A stretch of 39,860 nt of DNA from Octopus bimaculoides. Its lineage: Eukaryota. A program made the translations under genes and the position numbers. The stretch spans positions 10,948,254 to 10,988,113 of the forward strand of contig NC_068991.1 in NCBI RefSeq assembly GCF_001194135.2, read 5' to 3'. Below are positions 1-10,547 of this stretch, in pieces. Under the pieces are notes generated by a model. It made no database searches, was not told the DNA's origin, and saw nothing but the letters and a program-made list of their open reading frames with translations. Numbering within the stretch: position 1 is the first letter of the stretch; every line of letters starts with the position of its first letter.

Positions 1-147
1 ATATATATATATATATATATACACATACATATATATATGTATATGCATAAATATAACATTTGGAATTTTTTGTGATAAATAATTATTTTGCTCAATATGT
101 TTAAAATATATGTCTAACTGTGTTTTTCGTTTTCTTTTCAATTACAG

Positions 148-362
148 GTAGTGTATCACGCCGATTATACTCCGAAGGAGAAGATTCTAGCGTTTCACCA
201 CGCCAAGATCCACTGCCAGATTTGGTACCAGTACCACGGGACAGAGCGCACTCATTACCTGAGGTGCCTCTTCGTCGGCATGAACACATCCGTGCGATTG
301 GACAGGAACTTCGGAGAATTAGTGACGAGTATTACCAGAATCGTCACCATTCACACCACCAA
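148..362 (+). CDS. Internal coding exon of a BH3-only pro-apoptotic protein (BAD/BIM-like); gene incomplete in window
   Basis: Polypyrimidine tract plus TTACAG acceptor ends at 147; CAA|GTAAGT consensus donor at 363 (phase 1 in, phase 0 out). Open frame SVSRRLYSEG...RDRAHSLPEVPLRRHEHIRAIGQELRRISDEYYQNRHHSHHQ. IGQELRRISDEY (297-332) fits the BH3 pattern h-small-xx-L-xx-h-(G/S)-D-x-h (BIM IAQELRRIGDEF, BAD YGRELRRMSDEF). RDRAHSLP (237-260) fits RxRxxS and RxxSxP. Confidence 0.82.
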
Positions 363-2181
363 GTAAGTAGATGGAATATGCATGTCACTGCAAACTTGGT
401 CAATTTCAGTCTCACCTGCAGACTTTCAGCTAATTTCACTCTGATTTTGGTAATTGGAAATAACAATTAGTGCCAGCTAATTTACTACCTGTGATACCTT
501 TTTTCTAAACATAGAACGGAATGGAAATTAAAGGGAATTAAAAGAAAATTGGAGTGAAATCAAAGTTAAAACTAAATATAATAGATAATATCGGTGAAGA
601 ATAAGGAAATACCAAATGGCCAGAAGTCTTTCAAATATAATATTTGAATGCTAGAAATTGGCTCCATTTCTGAAAGTCCATTACAGTTTTGCTTTGGTGA
701 AATCCTTCACAGAGATGTTAATGAAACTTGTGTACAAAGAATTGAAGAAATTCTGGCTAAGACCCACTATCGTATGTCACGTGGAATTGCCAAAGCATTC
801 TTTGTGTCAGTTTCCAACTGTGTGTGTTACAGTTGTGCATTCATTGACTTTCTAAAGGCGGTCCCAGACAAGAAAGACTTTCTGCTACATGTTTCATGCG
901 GAATAGTAGCAGTGAATAGTCTCTGTTTACTGACAGCGGCACCGTGTATGCTGTGGCATAACCCTGACCTTTGGAAACTTCTGAAGGCTGAGAAAATCAG
1001 TCCTTGATTAATGTGATTCCGTAACTTCAGTTGTGATTCTGTTCCATTGGCGTTTAAAGAAAAATAAAACGATGGAGTTATCATTCCTGCTGCTATTTTT
1101 GGTAATGCCAGCCAACTCTATTGAAGCATTCCTATTGCACAAAGCTAACCTATTGAATGTTTTAGTGGGTGATCAACTCTACAAATTGAACATGTCAAGG
1201 GTGAGGTCGACTTTTAGACCTTTGATCCCTCTGTCAAATACATATATTACTTACCATACCTCTACTGGTGTTCTAATTCTTCAACCATAACAACATTTTG
1301 GAATTCAGAACATCTCTATGAGTTTATATCTAATATGATCTCCAGAGTTCAGCAACTAATTTTTACCGTTTTGCCTTAGGAAAAACATGGAATCAATTGG
1401 AAAATGCTCTTATTCATGATTCGATGAAACAATTCTTTTGAACAAAACAAGATTAATTGGTTTCTCAAGAAACTATCAGTCTGATGAAGAAGCAAAAAGA
1501 AAAGGAACTCTAAACAGTTTCAAAAACATTTTTCTTAACTTTTCCTTTTGGAAAATGCGTGATATTAATTAAGACTTTTTGTTATTTTTCTTTTATATTT
1601 TTTTTTAAATATAAATTTTATCTGAAAATAAATTAAATTCAAAATAAACTAACTAAAAACATTGTTTCAGACTCTTTTTACTAGTCATTAGTTTATAAGT
1701 TTACTCCTACATTTCATAACCCACCCACCCCGCATTCCTTTAAAATGGTTCACAGATCTCTTCAATGAGAATTTGCATAAATAGCAAATAAACAGGAGAA
1801 ACCAAATAAAATCTATTTGAAGGATGTTCTTATCCAGTTCTTCTAAAGAAAAAAACAAACAAACAAAAAACTGTACGGTTAACACACACACAAGTATTTG
1901 AAGTGGTTTTTGCCGTAGCCTTAAATTACAGGGTTTTGTTAAAGGGGACTCTTCTATACTTTATTTAGGGTCAGAGAAGGTCAGTGTTTAGGTACACAGA
2001 ATTAGTAGACACATGATGTTAAACAGATGAAATGATACTCCACTGGGATAGGAAGCTAGTCACGGAAACATAACAATTTGAACTGATTAAAGTACAAAAG
2101 ATGCTTTCTCTCTACAACACCATTGTCTCTCTTTTTCTCCCTCTTTCTCTTCCTCTCCCTCTCTATGTCTCTCTCTCTCTC

Positions 2182-2251
<70 letters not shown>

Positions 2252-2509
2252 NNNNNNNNNNNNNNNNNNNNNNNNNNNNNNNNNNNNNNNNNNNNNNNNN
2301 NNNNNNNNNNNNNNNNNNNNNNNNNNNNNNNNNNNNNNNNNNNNNNNNNNNNNNNNNNNNNNNNNNNNNNNNNNNNNNNNNNNNNNNNNNNNNNNNNNNN
2401 NNNNNNNNNNNNNNNNNNNNNNNNNNNNNNNNNNNNNNNNNNNNNNNNNNNNNNNNNNNNNNNNNNNNNNNNNNNNNNNNNNNNNNNNNNNNNNNNNNNN
2501 NNNNNNNNN

Positions 2510-2553
<44 letters not shown>

Positions 2554-2759
2554 CTCTCTCTTACAGCACCACTCTTGCTCTCTATCCCACTCTCTCTCTC
2601 TCAATTTCTCTTCTCTTTCTTCTCCTCCCCCTCTTGCTGCAGGCTCACAGGCAGGCTGACTGTAAGAAAGACTTAGTTTGCAGTAAATGCATATAATTGG
2701 TTAAACTAGCTGTAGCCCATCCATAAAAGAAACTTTTCCAAATGCTTAGCTGCTCAATG

Positions 2760-3370
2760 GACATAGTTGATAGCTTCTGTTACCTTGGTGACCAAAACTG
2801 AAGTGAATGAAGGCACTCCAAAAGTATAGTGAGCCAGAGTATGAGTGAGCTGGAAAAAGGTCAGAGAGCTATTGCTTCTACTGAGTGTGAGTGAAGAGTG
2901 GAGGGTATGATTTAAGCGTTATGAAGTGCTCTGTTGCATGGGTTGTAAAATACGAGCACTTAATGCAGAGGCAGGAAAGATGGGAAGAAATGAAGCAAGC
3001 ATGTTGCACTCAATATGTAATGTTAGTGAGCATGGATGATAAAAAGTTAAATGAGCTGAGAGATAAATTAGATATAAGAAGGGAGATGTTGTATGCAAGT
3101 GGGAATACTTTTGGTTGTATGGTTATGTGTTGTGTATGGAGGATGACAGTTGCCTAAAGAGGTGCCAAGTAACACAAGTTGAAGGGACCTGGAAGTGGAA
3201 GACCGGAGAAGACATGGGCTGAAGGATGGCAACTGATCTCCAGGCTGTTGTCACTCCTTTTGGCCAATAATCTCAAGAAGCTGTTATTAAGGGCTACAAG
3301 ATGAAGAACTACAAGTGGCAAGATGCTATGCTAAAGAACTCTCAGCCAACCTCTGCGAGAATGGTAAAAA
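2760..3370 (+). mobile_element. Decayed RTE-clade LINE, 3' part of ORF (RT end and C-terminal region), frameshifted and internally deleted
   Basis: Recognisable peptide blocks across frames: DIVDSFCYLGDQ (2760-2795, RT FxYLG motif), WKKVRELL, RNEASMLHSICNVS, WLYGYVLCMEDDSCLKRCQVTQVEG and GSGRPEKTW. These match the RTE C-terminal pattern (LRWxGHVxRM...GRGRPRKTW) from memory. Confidence 0.8.
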
Positions 3371-3967
3371 CATGAACTTGATGGTGATAGCGATGATAAT
3401 TATGATGGTGGTGATGACAGTACTGATGATGCTTGTGATGATGGTGATGACAGTAGTGTTTGTGGTGATGGTGGTGGTGGTGGTAGTGGTGGTGTTTGTG
3501 ATGGTGGTGGTGGTAGTAGTAGTGGTGTTTGTGGTGGTAGTGGTAGTGGTGATTGTGATGGTGGTGGTGATGGTGTCAAGATGGTTGTAATTGTGCTAAT
3601 GATAATTAATCTTGAATGTTAGTGAAGGTGATGTCAGCAAAATCGATTGTGCTGGCGCTTGTGATAATAGTGGTGATGATGATGATGATGATGTTGATGG
3701 TGATAAGGATGATGATGAGAATGATGTTGGTATAAAAAAAAAAATGATTACATATTATAAAATCACCAGTTTAAGAAAGACAAGAGTAACAAAAATCCTC
3801 TGAGAGAAATTGAACCATGTATCTGTCAGTTACTTGGGTGACCACTCAGATAAAAATATCATTGCAGCAGCTTATTTGTCTATAATCCCATCAAATTGTT
3901 GTTCATTTGCCTTTTTTGCCTTCTCAAGCGCCAATAAATCCTGTACATACATACATCATAACATATA

Positions 3968-4257
3968 CATCATCGTCGTTTAACGTCCGCTTTCCATGCT
4001 AGCATGGGTTGGACGATTTGACTGAGGACTGGCGAACCAGATGGCTGCACCAGGCTCCAATCTGATCTGGCAGAGTTTCTACAGCTGGATGCCCTTCCTA
4101 ACGCCAACCACTCCAAGAGTGTAGTGGGTGCTTTTTATGTGCCACCGGCACGAAGGCCAGTCTGGCGGTACTGGCAACGGCCACGCTCAAATGGTGTTTT
4201 TACATGCCACCTGCACAGACAGGAGTCAGTCCAGCGGCGCTGGCAACGACCTCGTTC

Positions 4258-4258
<1 letters not shown>
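3968..4258 (-). mobile_element. Non-autonomous retroposon with RTE-like 3' tail, minus copy
   Basis: Reverse complement closely matches 31155-31447, including GTTGGCGTTAGGAAGGGCATCCAGC and the end CATGCTAGCATGGAAAGCGGACGTTAAACGACGATG; (CAT)n tail on the left. Confidence 0.8.
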
Positions 4259-4319
<61 letters not shown>

Positions 4320-4321
<2 letters not shown>

Positions 4322-4556
4322 AGATCAAAATCACAATCAGAGTCTCAATCAACTTGAAACCAAAAATGGAAATTGTAGTTGTGGCCGATGCCAGTGCCAC
4401 CTGGCTGGTTCCCTGTGCCGCTGACATGTAAAAAGCACCATCTTCACAGATTAGATTGGAGTCAGGTGCAGCCTCCTGGCTTGCCAGTCCCCAGTCAAAC
4501 CGTCCTACCCATGCCAGCATGGAAAACGGGCATTAAACGATGATGATGATGATGAT
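4320..4556 (+). mobile_element. Same RTE-tail family, plus copy with internal deletion
   Basis: Contains GCCAGTGCC...GTAAAAAGCACC and ends CAAACCGTCCTACCCATGCCAGCATGGAAAACGGGCATTAAACGATGATGATG. Confidence 0.75.
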
Positions 4557-4751
4557 ATATATATTTATGTGTATATATGTATATTTTTGGTCATGTTTAT
4601 TTTTATCTTAGTGGTCATTCATTTATTAATGTTTTATTTCTGTACCTTTGAATTAAATTTGTGTTATCATCTTAATTATTCAATTTCAGATTTATACATT
4701 ATTTACATTATTTACATTTGACAGATATTTGCCCTCATCTTGTTTGTTGTT

Positions 4752-4797
4752 AACACAACTTTTCAGCTGATATACTCTCCAGCCTTCATCAGGTGTC
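4752..4797 (-). ncRNA. Second minimal hammerhead motif in the inverted arm
   Basis: Minus strand reads GACAC-CTGATGA-A-GGCTGG-AGAGTATA-TCAGCT-GAAAA-GTT-GTGTT; GAAAC has become GAAAA in this copy. Confidence 0.72.
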
Positions 4798-4876
4798 TTG
4801 GGGGAAATTTCGAACCTGGGTTCTCATTCCTAAGGCTTTTTCGATGTTATTATCATTATTATTATTATTATTCAGG

Positions 4877-4945
4877 GCATATCGCATAGTGGTTAAGAAC
4901 ATGGGCTACTAACCCCAAGATTCCGTGTTCAATTCCAGGCAGTGA
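4877..4945 (+). promoter_or_regulatory. tRNA-derived (Ser-like) SINE head with Pol III A and B boxes
   Basis: A-box-like TCGCATAGTGGT (about 4882-4893), anticodon-like arm GGG-CT-ACT-AA-CCC (4903-4915), B box GTTCAATTCC (4927-4936). The acceptor stem does not pair, so it is not a functional tRNA. Confidence 0.7.
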
Positions 4946-4992
<47 letters not shown>

Positions 4993-5040
4993 TTGGAAAA
5001 ATACCTTACGAATGAGAACCCAGGCTTGAAATTTCTCCAA

Positions 5041-5086
5041 AACACCTGATGAAGGCTGGAGGGTATATCAGCTGAAACATTGTGTT
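5041..5086 (+). ncRNA. Minimal type I hammerhead ribozyme motif (Penelope-like, dimer type)
   Basis: Stem I AACAC/GTGTT; core CTGATGA (5046-5052); stem II GGCTGG/TCAGCT; GAAAC (5074-5078); ATT as NUH triplet before the 3' strand of stem I. Stem III has no loop. The G of the palindromic AACGTT is an A in this copy. Confidence 0.75.
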
Positions 5087-5496
5087 AACAACAAACAAAA
5101 TGAAGACAAATATCCGTCAAATGTAAATAATGTAAATAACGTAAATAATGTACATAATTCCTCATCTCTTAAATATAGGACTGTATTATTCAGATTTATA
5201 ATTCAGTACCAGAATATTACTGGTACTAGCACTTCATTGACTTGAGAAACATTTTGCTTTTCTCTCTACCTTTCTGCAAGGTTTAACTGTTTTATTGCTG
5301 CAGCTAAGATGCAGTTTTATTTGATGTGTTGCTCCAGCTGGCATTAGTGGGCACTGTCATCTGAGAGTATACTGATACCCTCTCTTGATCAGCCTGTCCC
5401 ATGGTGCAATTTTAGTCAATTCAGAGTGAGTGTGGGTGTATGTGTGTGTGTGTGTGAGAGAGAGAGAGAGCTAGATGAAGAGAAAGAGAAGAATTG

Positions 5497-6293
5497 ATCT
5501 TAGAAGGATAAAAAGTAGGGTTGACCTCAGCAAGATTTGAACTCAGGGACCAGATGGCCAGATCCAGTACAACAAAGCATTCACGCCAATGTTCTGAAAA
5601 CTCTGCCAGTTTACAGAACTCAGGACTGTTGCTTAATGGCAACAACGACAACAGCAACAACAACAACAAAAACAAAGACACTGATGTCGGTTTCAAATTT
5701 TGGCACAAGGCCAACATAGTTAGAGGTGATAGGGCTAGTCAATCATATTGACCCCCCCCAGTGCTCGACTGGTACTTATTTTATCGACCCTGAGGGGATG
5801 AAAGGCAATGATGACCCTGGTGGAATTTGAACTCAGAGTGTAAAGATGGGCAAAATACCACCAAGCATTTTGTCTAGCATGCTACCAATTGTGCCACTGA
5901 CTGATTACAATAATAATAATGATAATGATAATTGTCTTAAATTTTGGTATGAGGCCAGCAGTTTTAAGGGGTCAGTTCATTACACTGACCCCTGTATTTA
6001 ACAAGCATGAGGAAGGGAAATATTAAAATGATGATGATGATGATGATGATGAGAATCTTCTGCACAGGGTTACATTCATTTCTACACTAGGCACAAGGCC
6101 TGAAATTTTTTGGGGAGGTTGAGACCAGTTGATTAGATCGACTCCAGTATGAAACTGGTACTTAATTTATCGATCCCGGAAGGATGAAAAGCAAAGTCGA
6201 CCTTGGCGGAATTTGAACTCGGAACATAAAAACAGATGAAATACCGCTAAGCTTTTTCGCCCGGTGTGCTACCGGTTCTGCCAGCCCACCGCC
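5497..6293 (-). mobile_element. Cluster of about four tRNA-derived SINE copies (about 5497-5620, 5690-5903, 5930-6000 partial, 6076-6293)
   Basis: Minus strand has B-box GAGTTCAAATT/TC, central block TTTGCCTTTCATCC...GGTCGATAAA..AAGTACCAG and tail GGCCTTGTGCC, the same as plus copies at 32072 and 34433-35303. Confidence 0.8.
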
Positions 6294-7182
6294 TTTGCAT
6301 AGGGGAACATTAAAACAATGACATCGATGACGTTGATGATGATGAAGATGATGATAGGCTTCTACACAGTTTCCATGCATCAAATTCCACTCATAAAATA
6401 AAAAAACATTGGTTAACCTACAGCTAAAAACAGCTAAAAATAAAAAAAAACAAAACCAGAAGGCACTCATCCAGATTACCCTGCTGTGGGTTTCAAAACT
6501 GAAAATCCCACAAATGGCTATGGAACGAAATTCTTATCAGAACAACCATTTCAAAAACAAAATATTATTTTTTCTTCCAACATTATTTGTCTTTGGTTTG
6601 CTCTTTCCCCCACCCCCTTAGCAGGTGGTGTTTATATTTGGCTTCAAGGGTTGGAGTGCGATGTATAGTTTTTGAATATTTTGTCTTGGTGGGGTTGTTT
6701 GTTCATTCCCTACCCCCTCCATACTCCTCTCATCCAAATTTTTTCCCCCAGCTTCGTTCCTTTCTCATTTACTTTCCTTCTTTCTTTCTTTCTTTCTTTT
6801 CTTCCTCCCCCCCCTCTCTCTCTCTGTTTATTTGCCTTACAACCAGCCCCCTCACACTCGTCTCTTATCTCTCAGTCAATCCGCTTCCAGCTTCTTATTG
6901 CGAAAGTGTTGGCTAGNNNNNNNNNNNNNNNNNNNNNNNNNNNNNNNNNNNNNNNNNNNNNNNNNNNNNNNNNNNNNNNNNNNNNNNNNNNNNNNNNNNN
7001 NNNNNNNNNNNNNNNNNNNNNNNNNNNNNNNNNNNNNNNNNNNNNNNNNNNNNNNNNNNNNNNNNNTGATGGGACAGCTCCCATTGTTTGTGACTATTCT
7101 GCAGTCCTGTCCGTCCTTCTGTCCGTTTGCTTGTGTATTTGTCTCACAATGATTGTCTGAATGCCTTCTTAGATTAATGATG

Positions 7183-7227
<45 letters not shown>

Positions 7228-7485
7228 CCATGATGATGATGATGATGATGATAATTATGATGATGATGATGATGGTGATGATGATAGCATATAGTTTTGG
7301 CAGTAGTGAGAATGATGGTAGTGATGATGATGATGATGGTAATGGTGGTGGCGGAGTTGACTGTGGTGATGATGATGGTGATGATGATGGTTATGGTAAT
7401 GATTATGATGGTGGTGGTGATGATGATGATGACGACAATGATGATGATTATGATGACGATGATGATGATGATTATGGTGGTGGTA
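7183..7485. repeat. (GAT/GGT)n compound microsatellite
   Basis: Direct inspection. Confidence 0.95.
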
Positions 7486-8861
7486 GTTACGACTGGGGTG
7501 ATGTGCTGACAATGCTGACGAGAGGGGACGACGTTAAAAGGTGGCATTGGCAGCGATAGGGACTTCTCCCTTCGTAACCCATCCGTCCGTCTGTCTGTCT
7601 GTCTGTCTGTCTGTCTGAATGTCACCCCTTTCGTTTGTGATGACGACGACGACGATGACGATGGTGGTGGTGGTGGTGACAATGCATGGCTGTCAAACGC
7701 GTGGTGTGCTGAGGCTTGCACCATGCTACTGCCAGTATGCGGCAGGCGGGCAGTGCAGTACGGTGCAATGTGGTGTGATGCACAATGGAATGGTGAGATG
7801 CATGGAAGGGTGGCGCCGTGTCGTAAGTCTTGGAATGGATTCCCTGTCTAACCTCATCTCCACCTGTATGTCTGTGTGCGAATGTGTATGTGTGTCTTTA
7901 TATATATATGTGTGTGTTTATGTGTGGGTGTGAGTGCGCATGTGTCTGCATATCTGTGTACATGTGCATATCTTCATGCATGTGAGTGTGTAGGTTTGTG
8001 TGTGGGTTTGTTTGTGTGTGTGTGTGTGTGTGTATGAGTTGGTATGTGTCTGTATGTTTATATGCATGTTCACATCTGTCACTCTGTGTATGTATGTGTG
8101 TGTGTGTGTGTGTGTTTCTCTACATCTGTTTGTGTCTGTGTATCTGCCTATACACGTACACATACACACACACGTACACACGCATACATATGTGTGTGTG
8201 TATGTGGATGATTGTCTCTGTACGAATGTCTCTGCGTCTGTCTATGTGTGTGCGTTTGTGTGTGTGGATGTTTGTCTCTGTACGNNNNNNNNNNNNNNNN
8301 NNNNNNNNNNNNNNNNNNNNNNNNNNNNNNNNNNNNNNNNNNNNNNNNNNNNNNNNNNNNNNNNNNNNNNNNNNNNNNNNNNNNNNNNNNNNNNNNNNNN
8401 NNNNNNNNNNNNNNNNNNNNNNNNNNNNNNNNNNNNNNNNNNNNNNNNNNNNNNNNNNNNNNNNNNNNNNNNNNNNNNNNNNNNNNNNNNNNNNNNNNNN
8501 NNNNNNNNNNNNNNNNNNNNNNNNNNNNNNNNNNNNNNNNNNNNNNNNNNNNNNNNNNNNNNNNNNNNNNNNNNNNNNNNNNNNNNNNNNNNNNNNNNNN
8601 NNNNNNNNNNNNNNNNNNNNNNNNNNNNNNNNNNNNNNNNNNNNNNNNNNNNNNNNNNNNNNNNNNNNNNNNNCTTCATCACTTCCCCCGCCCTACCACC
8701 ACCACTATCTGACTTTCTCTTGCTGTGTGCCCCTCCCCCCACCATTGCAACAGCACTCTTCCCCCTCCCACCTCTTCAACCCTTGCCATTCTTCTCCCTG
8801 CCTCTCTCTCTCATTGTTCCTTTCTCCCCTTCCACTTCACCTATTTCCATCTTTTCTTTCT

Positions 8862-8905
<44 letters not shown>

Positions 8906-9039
8906 TGTTTAAAGGGTTATGAATCTGGCGAATGGATGCTGGTGGTATAGGCGTTGGCGGCAGTGTGGTGCATTGGTTGTGATGGCTGTAGTTGCCACCG
9001 ATTGCCGTAGTCAGGGTGGTAGTGAGACAAATAGCTATG

Positions 9040-9466
9040 GTGAGGATGATGACGATAACGATGATAACTGTGATGGTGATGATGGTTATGACGACGTCGA
9101 TGATGATTACAACGATGGCGATGGTGATATTGATGATGATGATGATGTCGGCAGCGATGATGACAACGACAATGTCGACGTTATTTATGATGGCGATGAC
9201 AATGATGACAATGACAATCATGATGATGATGATGATGATGATGATAACGATGATGATGACGATGATGATGATGACAATGATGATGATGATGATGGTGGTG
9301 ATGATGATGATGATGATGATGAGGATGATGACGATGATGGTGGTGATAATGATGATGACAATGATGATGATGACAATGATGATGATGATGATGGCAGTGA
9401 CAGTGGTATTGGTCATGCAGCTGATGCTGATAATGATGATGACAACGATAGTAGTGGTGGTGGTGG
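9040..9466. repeat. (GAT/GAC)n compound microsatellite
   Basis: Direct inspection; source of the poly-D, poly-M and poly-H ORFs. Confidence 0.95.
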
Positions 9467-9974
9467 NNNNNNNNNNNNNNNNNNNNNNNNNNNNNNNNNN
9501 NNNNNNNNNNNNNNNNNNNNNNNNNNNNNNNNNNNNNNNNNNNNNNNNNNNNNNNNNNNNNNNNNNNNNNNNNNNNNNNNNNNNNNNNNNNNNNNNNNNN
9601 NNNNNNNNNNNNNNNNNNNNNNNNNNNNNNNNNNNNNNNNNNNNNNNNNNNNNNNNNNNNNNNNNNNNNNNNNNNNNNNNNNNNNNNNNNNNNNNNNNNN
9701 NNNNNNNNNNNNNNNNNNNNNNNNNNNNNNNNNNNNNNNNNNNNNNNNNNNNNNNNNNNNNNNNNNNNNNNNNNNNNNNNNNNNNNNNNNNNNNNNNNNN
9801 NNNNNNNNNNNNNNNNNNNNNNNNNNNNNNNNNNNNNNNNNNNNNNNNNNNNNNNNNNNNNNNNNNNNNNNNNNNNNNNNNNNNNNNNNNNNNNNNNNNN
9901 NNNNNNNNNNNNNNNNNNNNNNNNNNNNNNNNNNNNNNNNNNNNNNNNNNNNNNNNNNNNNNNNNNNNNNNNNA

Positions 9975-10305
9975 TTCCCAGACTGGGCGTTGTGAGTGTT
10001 GATTGAGCGAAGACACCTAAAGCTCCACGAGGCTCCGGCAGGGGATGGTGGCGAACCCTGCCGTACTCTTTCACCACAACTTTCTCCCACTCTTACTTCC
10101 TGTTTCTGGTGTGCCTGTAATTCAAAGGGTCAGCCTTGTCACACTGTGTCACGCTGAATATCCCCAAGAACTACGTTAAGGGTACACGTGTCTGTGGGGT
10201 GCTCAGCCACTTGCACGTTAATTTCACGAGCAGGCTGTTCCATTGATCGGATCAACTGGAACCCTCGATGTCGTAAGCGACGGAGTGCCAACAACAACAT
10301 AATCC
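9975..10305 (+). mobile_element. SINE-like interspersed repeat (5' part lost in gap), unclassified
   Basis: About 330 nt GC/CpG-rich block that ends abruptly in an (AAC)n tail. Recalled as a common octopus-type repeat; single copy here, so the family is not provable from this window. Confidence 0.5.
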
Positions 10306-10461
10306 TTATAATTCTTAGCCACGACCCATGTGGTGATAGCATTAATGTAGCAGAACAAGTAGAATGTAGAATTACATATTTCCTTCTTGTATTCTCTTTT
10401 CATTTCTCTTCGTTCTGATTTCAAATTTTGTCAGTGTTTACTGACAGCATATAGGCATTGT

Positions 10462-10547
10462 CGTTTTATGTCCATTTTCCCATGGCAGCATGGGTTGGAA
10501 GACTCTTCAGGGAAGCATCTTATGTCTGGATTTCCTTCCTGTTGTCA
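10462..10547 (-). mobile_element. Degenerate RTE-tail fragment
   Basis: TTTCCCATGGCAGCATGGGTTGGA and GGATTTCCTTCCTGTTGTCAAC resemble 3990-4010 and 4087-4107. Confidence 0.5.

Larger units (their letters stand above)
4694..5154 (+). mobile_element. tRNA-headed non-autonomous element with Penelope-like hammerhead tail and an upstream inverted copy of the tail
   Basis: Arms 4694-4876 and 4946-5154 are reverse complements apart from scattered substitutions and different (AAT)n length. The unique spacer 4877-4945 is tRNA-like. Confidence 0.8.

Noticed and set aside
363-470. Read-through hydrophobic tail (VSRWN...TLILVIGNNN*) after the BH3 exon
   Set aside because: Begins with a perfect GTAAGT donor, so it is most simply intron; an intron-retention isoform cannot be supported without RNA data.
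1478-1495. Isolated CTGATGA (also at about 15182 and 3424)
   Set aside because: No stem II plus GAAA arrangement or flanking stem I; chance or microsatellite matches.
4877-4945. Functional tRNA-Ser(ACT) gene
   Set aside because: No acceptor stem pairing, no long variable arm, atypical anticodon, and embedded in a repeat.
6876-10090. Long poly-H, poly-D, poly-M and poly-I ORFs
   Set aside because: Produced by (GAT)n and (CA)n microsatellites plus N gaps; open in several frames and on both strands.
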